Virus record (IMG/VR): IMGVR_UViG_3300025732_000017
DNA from: a virus
DNA: 64,000 nucleotides
Strand: one strand, 5' to 3'
Made by a program: the position numbers and the translations under genes. The notes beneath the pieces were generated by a model that was not told the DNA's origin, made no database searches, and saw nothing but the letters and a program-made list of their open reading frames with translations. Within the stretch, counting starts at the first letter, position 1, and the number at the start of each line of letters is the position of its first letter. This document shows, piece after piece, positions 35,418 through 46,263 of the stretch.

Positions 35418-36087
35418 TGTATCGCTACATTATCACGTTTGAGAAGGATGGTTATCAGCATCGTGAGTTGGCATTTGCCAGCACTGCTTTTGTTTTGGGT
35501 GAGATGCTGGCGAATGGACTATTGTCTGCGTGGAATGCGACTGTGGATGATATTCTATTTATTGAGGAGACTCCCGTATCTTGAACATATACGATCCTAC
35601 CTAGATTCCGTACATTGCATTGCAGGTATGAGTGACTGCGTTACCATGGAAGTCAGATTTCCTCCTTGACAATTCCAGAGACACCTGTCATAGTGTGTCC
35701 ATGATCAAGATGAAATCCAAGACGCGCCCTGCGCGCCGTCATCCGATCTTCGCGGATCTGATGACACCTAAATACCGAAAGCGAATTGTGCCTTCCAAGA
35801 AGGTCTATTCGCGCAAGCGCCAGAAGATGGAGAACTGATGAAGAACTATGATTCCAAATTTCTGTGTGTCGGTGTCGGTGGACGCTATTGCGTCTGCTGC
35901 TTTGACCCACCTGGATCCAAGGCACGCCGACTGGAATACCGTCGTGCCAAGCGCGCCGCCAAGCGCGAGGCCATGAAGGTCGAGGAAATGAACCTCGAGG
36001 ACTAAGTCCTTGATCCTACTGGGCAATTTTAGCCCTTGACAATTCCCTAAGGATGTGTCATAGTGTGTTCATAATCAAACTGACCAC

Positions 36088-36429
36088 ATGATGAAGGAGA
36101 CAAAGATGCAGGACTGGAAAATGCCCACCGAGATGCCCGCCCACGACATGGACATTGCGCTGACGATGTTCGCCGATCACCTGATCGGCATCGCGCCGTA
36201 CAGCAAGCCCAATGTCACCTTTGAGCGTGGATCCAAGTTCATGCGCGTGGTGAAGTCGGATGGTTCTTCGCGATCCGCCTATGCGTTCATCGTCATGTTT
36301 GACCATGATCGGTGGATGGTTGGTGACATTCTGAAGCCCGCGTCGTGGAAGGCGCCTGCCAAGAACTTCAGTCGCGGTAATGTGCTGAATCCGAAGTCCT
36401 ATCAGAACTTCAGCTACTACGGCCTGTGA
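36088..36429 (+). CDS. Early hypothetical protein, paralog of 49193..49537
   Basis: Shared VTFE.GSK..RVV...RSAYAFIV...VGDILK.ASWKAPAKNF.RGNV. Confidence 0.7.
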   Translation: MMKETKMQDWKMPTEMPAHDMDIALTMFADHLIGIAPYSKPNVTFERGSKFMRVVKSDGSSRSAYAFIVMFDHDRWMVGDILKPASWKAPAKNFSRGNVLNPKSYQNFSYYGL

Positions 36430-36928
36430 GGAGATAAATCATGTCCAACTTTGATCTGTCGCTGTTTGTCTGGAACAAGGACAGAAAGAGCCTGGTGATG
36501 AATAATTTCACCCATGCCTTTCCACAGGAGTTTATGGTGCGTTCGCATCACACTGGCAAGGAAGTGCGGTTTTGCCGTGTGGAGCACTTTGACGTTCTAT
36601 ATGACCAGGATCAATGGGATGGTGAGCAGATGGTGTATCGCCCGGTTGGCACAGTTGCCAATGTGGAATATGCTGCACTCTGTCGCGGATGAGGATCATG
36701 TCCATCTATTACCGAATTGAGGAAACTGTTGGCGCACACTACATCGTGTGGAATAATATGTTCACAACGATGGAAAGTGCTGTGGAGTATATTGATCAGC
36801 ACTCAGAAAATCTGAGGGATCGTCTTCACGTGGCTGCATATGATTCCAATGGTTGGTCGCCTGTTCGAATGGGAGTTGTTTACTAATGACCCTTGACAAA
36901 GGGTTGGGCACCTGTCATAGTGTAGAAG

Positions 36929-37276
36929 ATGAATCGCAAGGAGTTGGAAATGTCGCATACCGGTTTCACCGTTGAGGTTTACATCCGCGATGCCAGGATT
37001 CGTGGCAAGATGACTCGTGGACGCATTGACTGGCTTTCCAAGAACTTCCTTGGTTTTCGTTTCCTTGAGGCCATGGATTTTCAGGTTGCTTCCGAGAAGG
37101 AAGCTGAGCAGCTGGCCAAGCAGGCGCACAAGCATCGTGGGCTTGACAAGCTGCACTTCAAGGTGCATCAGATCTATGTGACGCGCCAGAATGCGATGAC
37201 GGGCAAAGATTACCAGGAGAGGTATGACACGCCGACCTGGTGCTCGCCTTCGTCGGAGTCATACTGGTCCATGTGA
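36929..37276 (+). CDS. Early hypothetical protein
   Basis: Promoter TTGACA 36893; C-terminal TP.WCSPSSESYWSM. Confidence 0.6.
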   Translation: MNRKELEMSHTGFTVEVYIRDARIRGKMTRGRIDWLSKNFLGFRFLEAMDFQVASEKEAEQLAKQAHKHRGLDKLHFKVHQIYVTRQNAMTGKDYQERYDTPTWCSPSSESYWSM

Positions 37277-37475
37277 GGAATCCAATGTCTAATATGTCAT
37301 ACTGTCGTTTCCAGAACACAGAGAAGGATCTGCGAGATTGTCTGAATGCAATGCGTAAAGCATCCAGCATTTTTGACATGGATCTATCGAATGATGAATA
37401 TGAGGCATTCCAGGAAATGACCTCGCTTATTTTACACTTTAGCATTGAAGCTGATAGGCTTCAGAAGGATGATGT

Positions 37476-37844
37476 ATGATGGCCAATCCAATCTTGGATA
37501 AGATATCCAAGCTGAATGCGGAGATTGAACAGCTTCGCGCAGAGAATAGTCATCTGCGCCGTGTGGGCATGGATAGGCCTTCTGCCGAACTACATGAGGC
37601 GGCGATGGCGGAACTGCGCGCCGAAAACGAGCGCCTCCGCTCTGAGGTGGAGGAACAGGCGCGCCTGCTGGGCATGGGCAGCGAGCGCGAAGCGAGGTTG
37701 CGCGCTCGCGTCGAGGTGCTGAGCGCAGCAATTGTTCTTATGGCGTCGCTGGCACCGAAAATGACAATCGACACCAGCGACCCACAAGGCGTGGCGCGGG
37801 ATTTCGTGGAAATTGCGCGCGCCACTCTGGAGGCCAAGCCATGA
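37476..37844 (+). CDS. Coiled-coil hypothetical protein
   Basis: Heptad-rich LRAENERLR. Confidence 0.55.
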   Translation: MMANPILDKISKLNAEIEQLRAENSHLRRVGMDRPSAELHEAAMAELRAENERLRSEVEEQARLLGMGSEREARLRARVEVLSAAIVLMASLAPKMTIDTSDPQGVARDFVEIARATLEAKP

Positions 37845-38187
37845 CCAAGCAATATGAATCCAGTTCCAGTTATGCACAACTGAATGCCGATATTACCGCA
37901 GTAAAGAAAGACAAAATCATCGCAGATCTTATAGCTGAAAACACCGATCTTCGTACCCGCGGTACGATATTAGAAGAGGCAGTTCGGTTTTACGCGGACG
38001 TTCACACATGGAAGTCTGCATCGGTCTTCATGTGTGGCCATGACGGAAACTCTAGGGCTACGATTGATCGCGGAGAAAAGGCTCGCGGAGCCCTAAGATC
38101 CTTGGGAAAGCCTTCGGCAAAATAAGCCCTTGACATTGCCCAAGACCTAGTCTATACTGTGTTCATAGATCAACAAGGAGAACCCAA

Positions 38188-38634
38188 ATGGCGTTCATGA
38201 ACCAGACGATCAAGTCCGAGCTGCTTCCCGGTATCAAGGCCGTGCTCCGCAAGTATGGCCTCAAGGGTACCGTCTCCGTTGGAAACCACACCGCGCTTTC
38301 CGTCACGATCCGCGAAGGCAAGCTGGATTTCATCGGTGACGCCATCTCCGTGCTGCGCTCGCCACAGAATGCCAATATCCCCTTCCTGTCGGATTCTATC
38401 GCATCCCTCCTGAAGGAACAGTCGCTGGATGTCAATACGTACCACATCCGTTCCAACCACTCCGGCATCTGCCAAAAGGCTCTGCTGGAGCTGCACCAGG
38501 CCATGAACGATGGTAATTGGGACAAGTCCGACCCACAGACCGACTATTTCAACGTGGGCTGGTATACCTACATCAATATCGGAAAGTGGCGCAAGCCCTA
38601 CCGCTGCACCGCTCAGATGCCAAAGGTGGCATAA
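38188..38634 (+). CDS. Early hypothetical protein, paralog of 42560..43021
   Basis: Shared PGIKAVLRKYGLKG...VGNHT.LS...DVNTYH...SDPQTDYFNVGWY..NIG.W.KPY. Confidence 0.7.
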   Translation: MAFMNQTIKSELLPGIKAVLRKYGLKGTVSVGNHTALSVTIREGKLDFIGDAISVLRSPQNANIPFLSDSIASLLKEQSLDVNTYHIRSNHSGICQKALLELHQAMNDGNWDKSDPQTDYFNVGWYTYINIGKWRKPYRCTAQMPKVA

Positions 38635-38846
38635 ACGATGACTGAAACGTTCGGCGCCTTTCTAATGATCGTGACCTATCTTATCGGATTGGTCACGGGT
38701 TATATCATATGGGCGCCTATGTCCAATTTCAAAAGAGGATTCGTGGACGGAATCACCCTCAGATTTATTTGGAAACGATGAAAATCCGTCCTTGACATTG
38801 CCCAAGATCTAGTCTATACTGGATTCATACTTAGGGAGATCCTATC

Positions 38847-39341
38847 GTGTTCCAGGTTTTCGTCGGCTCCAAAAGCCAAGCCCGCAACCTCGTCCGCATC
38901 CATAATGCGACGCATTGGATCTCCCTGCTCGACCACGACGATACCCATCCACAGATGGATCGTCAGGATCATGTGCTCCGCCTCCTGCTGAATTGCGACG
39001 ATCAGCTAAAGGTCACGGATCCACACGCACCAACCCGCAACCAAGTCCAGCAGATCCTGGATTTCACCCGCAACCTCACCGATGCAACCATCGTCGTGAA
39101 CTGCTTTGCTGGTGTGGCCAGATCTACCGCGGCTGCGCTGGCCATTCTCGTCCAGCACCATGGATCCATAGATCACGCTATAAACCTGCTCCGCGCAGAT
39201 CGCCCCCAGGCCATGCCAAATCCAGTCATCAGCCAGTTCGCTGACGATATTCTAGGCCTCGATGGAAAGCTTTTCGCAGCCTCCGAGAAGGTGGCACAGA
39301 GCCGTGTTCTGGAGATAATTGACGATATGGACAATTCGTGA
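38847..39341 (+). CDS. CX5R phosphatase-like protein, paralog of 12231..12710
   Basis: VNCFAGVARSTAAAL, AMPNP; same N-terminus MF.VFVGSK..A..LV..HNATHWISLLD. Confidence 0.85.
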   Translation: MFQVFVGSKSQARNLVRIHNATHWISLLDHDDTHPQMDRQDHVLRLLLNCDDQLKVTDPHAPTRNQVQQILDFTRNLTDATIVVNCFAGVARSTAAALAILVQHHGSIDHAINLLRADRPQAMPNPVISQFADDILGLDGKLFAASEKVAQSRVLEIIDDMDNS

Positions 39342-39351
39342 GAAACCCACA

Positions 39352-39668
39352 ATGAACATCGATGACCAAGTCTGGAATCAAGTCTGGAATCAAATCTATG
39401 ATCAACTCTTGAATCAAGTCAGGAATCAAGTCTATGATCAAGTCGAGGATCAAGTCAGGAATCAAGTCAGGAATCAAGTCTGGACTCAAGCCAGGAATCC
39501 ACAATGAACATCGATGACCAAGTCTACAATCAAGTCTGGGATCAAGTCTGGGATCAAGTCTGGAATCAAGTCTGGCTTCAAGTCTCGATTCGAGCCTGGG
39601 ACCAGGTTCGGAATCAATATCTTCAAGATGCCAATTCCAGGGCGCCAGAGAACACGGACTCCGCCTAA
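39352..39668 (+). repeat. QV microprotein cluster C (39352..39507, 39504..39668)
   Basis: MNIDDQVWNQVWNQ...RNPQ and MNIDDQVYNQVWDQVWDQV...; ATGA coupling. Confidence 0.75.
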
Positions 39669-40081
39669 GTCATTGATTCGACTCGGTAATTTCGAGGCTT
39701 GACAAGGCACAGTTTTTGCCCTACACTCAGTCCATAAAACCAAAACAAGGAAATGGCAATGTTTATCTATGAAGTCACTAGATCCACGTGGGGTAGTTCT
39801 GGTAACGACGATCAGCCATTTGGCCTCTATGAATCCAAGGATATAGCTGATAAGCTGGCTAAGTCTCTTATGGAGGTTGATTTTCCTGTTACGGTTACCA
39901 TTACACAGCATGAAGTCTTTAGTGAGCCTAAGGTAAACGGAGAATGGAGCGGCAGAAAGAAGTGGCGATATGAAAACGAACACTGGATTCGCTGGGATAA
40001 ATTCTATGGTCACCGAGAATAATCCATTGATTCGACTGGGTAATTCTTGCCCTTGACAAAAGGCCCGATCTAGGTTATTCT

Positions 40082-40480
40082 GTGACTCTGAGAAAGGAGA
40101 TGGTCATGAATCTGAAGGTTCGGCAGCTGGAAACCGCATTGCTCTTTGACAGGCCGACGCCTGTTCCTGAGGGCTTTCGTCTGATCGGCCGAGATGGCTT
40201 TTATTGTCGCGGTGAAGAGGTCTGGTGGGAATACAAGGGCAAGGGCTATCTCTATGGCCAAAGCCTGAATTGCCGCGAGGATTTTGAGTACAGGCTGCGA
40301 GTGAATGATGAGGCCATCCTCATCCCACGCGAGGTGGCGGCCATGAAGACTATTCTGAAGACGACGCGGGATGCCAATGTTCGCAAGGCATTGTCGGCGC
40401 GCCTTCGCCTTCATGAGGAGGCCTATGAACTGCGCCGTATCCGTCGTGGTGTTCGTCGTGTCATGGGACCCGTTGATTGA
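40082..40480 (+). CDS. Early hypothetical protein
   Basis: Follows promoter repeat at 40053. Confidence 0.55.
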   Translation: MTLRKEMVMNLKVRQLETALLFDRPTPVPEGFRLIGRDGFYCRGEEVWWEYKGKGYLYGQSLNCREDFEYRLRVNDEAILIPREVAAMKTILKTTRDANVRKALSARLRLHEEAYELRRIRRGVRRVMGPVD

Positions 40481-41259
40481 TGGCTAATTCCAGCCCTGAA
40501 GATGCCAATAATCCAGGAAAGATGCCAATTTCGTAACGTATGACGCAAAAGATGCCAATTCCAGGGCGTCAGAGAACACACAGAGACACAGGGAAACGAT
40601 ATATGCGCTATACAAAAGCTGACATTCCGCGGCGACCAGGTCGCAATTGGCACAAACGACGCATCATCGGCGGCATATGGATGGCAGAACAGCGATGGTA
40701 CCAAACGCCTGCGCTGCGCACCAGAGAGCGAATGGAGGACCTACAGCACCTCGCCGGACAGCCCAGGCGACGCCAGATGCCAAGGATCCTGCTATCGACG
40801 CTGCTCTGGCACGCCGCCGAGAACCGAAAAAGCCGCCTGAGGCGCCTAAGCCATTGATTCCATTAGGTAATTCCAGCCCTTGACAAGGCGCCTGATCTAG
40901 CATATTCTGTGACTCTGATTGCGGAGGTATCAATGTCTCAGACGTTCTACACGGTCCATGTTCCTGACGGCGACGACCCTGGTCTGGGTAATTGGAAGCT
41001 GAGCACGGCCAGCCTGGCTATCGCCTTTGCACAGGATCTCGGCGTCAGGTGTGAGGTCCGAGTCCATGATGGCGACAAGATTCCCATGCGTCTATGCACT
41101 GTTCTCCCTGGGACCTTCGATGGCCATCCTAATCTTATCTGGCCCTATCCGTGACGTGGACTTCTAACCCATTGATCTGATTGGGCAATTCCAGCCCTTG
41201 ACAAGGCGCCTGATCTAGCATATTCTGTGACTCTGATTGCGGAAGAGGAAAGGAAACCG

Positions 41260-42159
41260 ATGGCTACCATGAACCACACGGTCAGCTTTGACCGGGCTTG
41301 CGGCAAGTATGTCGCCATGTGCGATGGCAAGGTTGTCACCAAGACCAAGTCGCTGAACCGTGCGAAGCGCCTGCTCCGTATGCACCTCGACGGCCTCCGT
41401 GAGGTTGCCAAGGCTGAGGTTGATGCGGGTCTCAATTTCTCGGTGGCTGATCGGTTCACCTTTCTCGAGGCCCTGACCACGATGGTCGCGAACGGCACCT
41501 CGCCGTCGGCTATTGTCACGGGTGAGGGTGGTATCGGCAAGACGCACACCGTCACCAAGACCCTCGCCTCCATGGGCTTTGTCAATTGCATGGAGATCCC
41601 CGAGGGCGTGTCGGTGCCAACTCGCAAGACCTACACCATGGTCAAGGGCTACTCCACGCCCTATGCGCTGTACCGTACGCTGTGCGAGAATGCCGACCGC
41701 ATCGTGGTGTTCGATGACTGCGACAGCATCCTCAAGGACCCGACGGCCATCAACCTGCTCAAGGCGGCGCTCGACAGCTACTCCAAGCGTATCGTCTGCT
41801 GGCAGTCCGAGGTCAAGGGCTCCGACCTGCCCACGTCCTTCGTGTTCAATGGTGGGGTGATCTTCATCTCCAACTACACGCTGGGCACGCTGGATCAGGC
41901 CGTGCGTACCCGTGCGCTGTGCGTGGATCTGAGCATGACGGCCGACCAGAAGCTGGAGCGCATGGAGCAGATCCTGCGCGAGCCGGATTATCGCACCGAC
42001 GTGTCGCTATCCATGAAGCTGGAGGCGCTGGGTGCGATCCGCGAGAACCTGTCGAAGGTCAAGAACCTGTCGCTCCGTACGCTGAAGCAGGTGATCGACG
42101 TTCGCAAGGGCAACCGCAAGGACTGGGCCAAGCTGGCTCTGTATGTGATGTCCCAGTAA
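41260..42159 (+). CDS. P-loop (AAA-like) ATPase
   Basis: GEGGIGKT Walker A, IVVFDD Walker B, FISN sensor. Confidence 0.85.
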   Translation: MATMNHTVSFDRACGKYVAMCDGKVVTKTKSLNRAKRLLRMHLDGLREVAKAEVDAGLNFSVADRFTFLEALTTMVANGTSPSAIVTGEGGIGKTHTVTKTLASMGFVNCMEIPEGVSVPTRKTYTMVKGYSTPYALYRTLCENADRIVVFDDCDSILKDPTAINLLKAALDSYSKRIVCWQSEVKGSDLPTSFVFNGGVIFISNYTLGTLDQAVRTRALCVDLSMTADQKLERMEQILREPDYRTDVSLSMKLEALGAIRENLSKVKNLSLRTLKQVIDVRKGNRKDWAKLALYVMSQ

Positions 42160-42559
42160 CCCCTTGATCTGACACGGTAATTCCAGGGGTTGACAAAGTA
42201 CCAATCCCTGGATATACTGGTACCAAGATTGGAAAACAGGATTCGGGAAAGGAATCTTCATGCTCATTGGAATTTTGAACTACGCTACCTCTTTCATGTT
42301 GGCCTTTGCCGCCGCGTGCTGGAATCGGGGAGGCTGGGCTAATGCGTTGATCATTAGTGCGCTTCTCCTGTTGTCCTTGTTCAATCTAATCCTCGGGGCC
42401 ATGCACTACCCCGGACTCCTGGTGTTGCCGCCAAAACTGTGAGAGGCTAACCGAAGGCACTCATACCTAACCACTTGATCTGACACGGTAATTCCAGGGG
42501 TTGACAAAGTACCAATCCCTGGATATACTGGTATCAAGATTGGAAAACAGGAGAAACGA

Positions 42560-43021
42560 ATGGCGTTCATGGATCAGAAGCGGAAGGCGCAGCTCGCGCC
42601 TGGTATCAAGGCGGTGCTTCGGAAGTACGGCCTCAAGGGTTCGCTGAGGGTGGGCAACCACACCTCGCTGAGCCTGACCCTGACCGAGGGTTCGCTGGAC
42701 CTCATCGGTAATGGGGTGGCTGTGCTCCATCGTGAGGCTGACACCTACCCGCATGATATCAAGGGCAAGTGGATGCGTGAGGCGGCTGCCTACATGCAGA
42801 AGACCCAGTCCACGGATGTCAACACCTACCATGCGAAGGATGCGTTCACGGGCGTCTGCCAGAAGGCGATCCTGGAGCTGATCGCGGCGATGAATGTGGG
42901 CAACCACGACGAGTCCGATCCTCAGACTGACTACTTCAATGTCGGCTGGTACATCCATGTGAACGTCGGTCGGTGGAACAAGCCCTACCGGTTCACCGGC
43001 GCCAATCGGAAGGTGGCCTGA
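42560..43021 (+). CDS. Early hypothetical protein, paralog of 38188..38634
   Basis: See paralog; GGAG RBS inside the promoter repeat. Confidence 0.7.
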   Translation: MAFMDQKRKAQLAPGIKAVLRKYGLKGSLRVGNHTSLSLTLTEGSLDLIGNGVAVLHREADTYPHDIKGKWMREAAAYMQKTQSTDVNTYHAKDAFTGVCQKAILELIAAMNVGNHDESDPQTDYFNVGWYIHVNVGRWNKPYRFTGANRKVA

Positions 43022-43296
43022 TCATGACGCGCAAGCAGCGATTGGAGCAGGCCCTATCCCATCTTGGGAAGGTGGAGGATCTTCTGAATCCCAAGGGTGT
43101 CGTGCCTGGACCGGACATGCTCCTCACCTCCCTGGAGAGGACCATTGAGGAGGTGGAATACCAGCTGGCTATGCTGGAGATGGCGGAAAGTGCCAACCAG
43201 GAGTAACTGGTTGATTCCACTCACAAATTTCCACCCTTGACTAGGGTGCCAATACCAAGTATTCTGTGAACATACTGAAAGACAAAGGAGATACCA

Positions 43297-44052
43297 ATGC
43301 GTAACTATGAAATGGTTCTTATGGCCCTGAAGTCGGGCGAGACCAAGACGGCTACGGACCTCAAGGCGGAGCTGCCGGGTCTGGAGTGGTGGAACATGCA
43401 CAAGTATGTGGCGCGTGCCAAGTACCTGGCAGGTGCTGAGATTGAGCTGATGAAGGCTGGCAAGCCGCTCAAGGCTGCCCGTGCGCGGGATGCTGAGACT
43501 CTGCGCCTGGTGAATGCCGACAAGTTCAAGGCCTGGTCGCCTGTCACCAAGACTGGTGGTCCGCTGTTCCGCAAGGCCAACCCGAAGGCCAAGACCCAGA
43601 AGGCCAAGGTGAAGGCTGCGAAGCCTCCGAAGCCTGCGAAGCCGACCAAGACCAAGATCCCTCCGGCGATCCAGGCGAAGCTGAATGCCCAGCATGCCAA
43701 GTCCAACTCGCTGATCGCCGCTGCGATGGCGAAGGATCCGTGGCTCGGTCGTCGTGGCCGTGTCACCCAGGAGGCTACCAATCTGGTCAATCCGGTGGCG
43801 CCGCCCGATCAGCCCGGTCATGGTGAGCTGAAGGGTGCCAATGTCGTGGATATGATCAAGGCTGAGCTGGCTGCGACTGCGCCGGCGAAGGGTACCAAGA
43901 AGGCTGCTGCTCTTCCGCGTGGTCCGAAGGCGACGCCTGCGCCTGCTCCGGTCAAGGTCGAGCGGGTGTCGGATGTGGTGACTCCGCTGTCGGATGATCC
44001 GCTGGACATTCCGGACTTCCTCCGTATCAAGTCCACCAAGACGGAGGAGTGA
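43297..44052 (+). CDS. Lys/Ala/Pro-rich protein, possibly nucleic-acid binding
   Basis: Histone-like K/A/P composition; C-terminal LDIPDFLR peptide. Confidence 0.6.
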   Translation: MRNYEMVLMALKSGETKTATDLKAELPGLEWWNMHKYVARAKYLAGAEIELMKAGKPLKAARARDAETLRLVNADKFKAWSPVTKTGGPLFRKANPKAKTQKAKVKAAKPPKPAKPTKTKIPPAIQAKLNAQHAKSNSLIAAAMAKDPWLGRRGRVTQEATNLVNPVAPPDQPGHGELKGANVVDMIKAELAATAPAKGTKKAAALPRGPKATPAPAPVKVERVSDVVTPLSDDPLDIPDFLRIKSTKTEE

Positions 44053-44607
44053 GGAGGCGCCCAGCACAACCCTGGGCTAGCGTGCTTCCGCGCGAATAAA
44101 GCAGGTGGTTCCTGCAGGAAGGCAAGTCTGCTCGGCGTAGGAGCGACGGTGGGATGGGCACCGCAGGTTAGCCGGACAAAGGGATCGGACTAACCACCCA
44201 TCACCTAAGCCCTTGATCTGATTGGGCAATTCCAGCCTTGACAAAGTACCAATTCTCGCCTATACTGGTACCAAGATCGGAAAGAGGAGAGCAGAGATGG
44301 TTCGCAAGTATACCAACATGGTTCTGGAGATGGTTGAAGAGGGCATCCTGGACAAGGATGTGGTCATCATGGCCTGCCTGAAGTACATGTCGGAGGCTGA
44401 GGTCCGTGACATGGCCGAGGCGAACGGGTTCGTCCCCGAGGATGAGGAGGAGGAGATTCGGTCCGACTATGAGGCCAATCGCACCTATGAGCGAGTGCGA
44501 GTGGTGGCTGGGCAGTAAGCCCTTGATCTGATTGGGCAATTCCAGGGCTTGACAGAGCGTCAATTCTCGCCTATACTGAGTTCATGATCAAGCAAAGGGA
44601 GACGGTG

Positions 44608-44853
44608 ATGCAGACGTTCCGTGTTGATATCGACCTCGACGGCGATAGCACTATTGGCGAGTTCCTGGAGACTCTCGCGGAGTATCGCGGCTCGGCGCAA
44701 ATTGTGTCCTATGACGCGGCTCCCGACGCTGGCGGTTGCCCGACGATGGTGCTGGAATTCACGTCCTATGAGGTTGCGCTGGAGTTCGCCATGGAATGGT
44801 TCGGCGAGTCGTTTGAGGATGCCAAGGAGTACGTGGAGACGATTACGGTGTAA
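44608..44853 (+). CDS. Acidic early protein, paralog of 48858..49109
   Basis: MQTFRV.IDLD...T(I/L)GEFL...YDA.PDAGG.P.M.LEFTSYE...EYVETITV. Confidence 0.7.
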   Translation: MQTFRVDIDLDGDSTIGEFLETLAEYRGSAQIVSYDAAPDAGGCPTMVLEFTSYEVALEFAMEWFGESFEDAKEYVETITV

Positions 44854-45200
44854 CCCCTTGACCTGACAAGGCTTTTCCAGGGCCTTGACAGCGCCCTGGT
44901 TTCGCCCTATACTGGTACCAAGATCGGAAAGGGAAACAGAGATGACCAAGACCAAGACCCCGACCAGGAAGCCCCGCAAGCCCACCATCCTCTCTTCCTG
45001 GGAATGGTCACAGTATCATCAGCAGATGATCGAGTACCTCGAGGAGAAGCTGGAGCGCAGGGAGCAGAAGATCGCGCAGCTGGAACGCCAGATCGAGCGC
45101 CTGCAGGGTAAGTAACCCATTGATCTGACACGGCTTTTCCAGGGCTTGACAGAAGCCTGATCCAGCCCTATACTGGTACCAAGATCGGAAAGGGAAACAG

Positions 45201-45941
45201 ATGCAGACGAACCTCCTCACTCGCGGCAACCCCAAGGTCCTGAAGGGCGAGAGCCAGGGCTACCTGACCTTCATCCTTCACCTGGCGCCGGCGTCGCTGT
45301 CGGGCTACAACACCTGCGCCGCGGCGACTGATGGCTGCAAGCTGGCGTGTCTGAACACCGCTGGTCGTGGTGGCATTCCCAATGCTCGCCCCGTGACCGT
45401 GCAGGCTCGCAATGGTGCCATGACGGTGTCCAACGTGATCCAGGCGGCTCGCATCCGCAAGACCGTGTGGTTCTTCCAGGACCGCGTCGGCTTCATGGCT
45501 CAGCTGGTCAAGGAAATCCGTGCGGGCATCCGCTATGCTCAGAAGATGGGCCTGATCCCCGTGTTCCGTCTGAATGGCACCTCCGATCTGCGCTGGGAGA
45601 GTGTCGGTGTGGATGGTGCGCGCAATGTCATGGAGCTGTTCCCGGACGTGCAGTTCTATGATTACACCAAGCTGTCCAATCGCAGGGACCTGCCTGCCAA
45701 CTACAAGCTGACCTTCTCCCTGGCGGAGAATAACGACCTCCAGGCGTGGGCTGCTGCTTCGGCTGGTCTGAACGTCGCTGCGGTGTTCCGTGGCAAGCTG
45801 CCCGCGACCTTCATGGGTCGCACGGTGATCAATGGTGATGACTCGGATCTGCGTTTCCTTGATCCGGTGGGTGTGGTGGTTGGTCTGAAGGCGAAGGGCA
45901 AGGCGAAGCGGGACACGACGGGCTTTGTGAGGGCTGCCTAA
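45201..45941 (+). CDS. GP88-like phage protein
   Basis: C..A..GC..ACL...GRG, VFRLNGTSD, VQFYDYTK, YKLTFS, GD.SDLRFLD, GLKAKG. Confidence 0.75.
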   Translation: MQTNLLTRGNPKVLKGESQGYLTFILHLAPASLSGYNTCAAATDGCKLACLNTAGRGGIPNARPVTVQARNGAMTVSNVIQAARIRKTVWFFQDRVGFMAQLVKEIRAGIRYAQKMGLIPVFRLNGTSDLRWESVGVDGARNVMELFPDVQFYDYTKLSNRRDLPANYKLTFSLAENNDLQAWAAASAGLNVAAVFRGKLPATFMGRTVINGDDSDLRFLDPVGVVVGLKAKGKAKRDTTGFVRAA

Positions 45942-46029
45942 GCCATTGATCTGATTGGGCAATTCCAGCCTTGACAGAGCACCAGTTTCGCCCTATACTG
46001 GTACCAAGATCGGAAACAAGGAGACAGCG

Positions 46030-46263
46030 ATGGCCAAGTCCAAGACCAAGTCCAAGACCAAGTCCAAGACCAAGTCCAAGACCAAGGTCTATGTCGTGCT
46101 GAATGAGTCGAAATGGCCCACGACGGTTGTGGGTGTGTTCAGTACGCGCGGCCTCGCCATGGCAGGCGCCAAGAAGGAGCGCCAGAAATGGCCGAACATC
46201 GGGATTCTTCGGATTTCCCATCACATGGTTGATAATCCCGAATGGTACGTGGGAAAGCCTTGA
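46030..46263 (+). CDS. Early protein with KSKT x4 N-terminal repeat
   Basis: 12-bp tandem CCAAGTCCAAGA. Confidence 0.6.
   Translation: MAKSKTKSKTKSKTKSKTKVYVVLNESKWPTTVVGVFSTRGLAMAGAKKERQKWPNIGILRISHHMVDNPEWYVGKP

Noticed and set aside
35666-36917. TGACA-N14-TGTCA palindromes in three promoters (35666, 36036, 36893) as operator sites
   Set aside because: Explained by -35 TTGACA plus an extended -10 (TGnCATAGT) at 17-bp spacing; no extra symmetry
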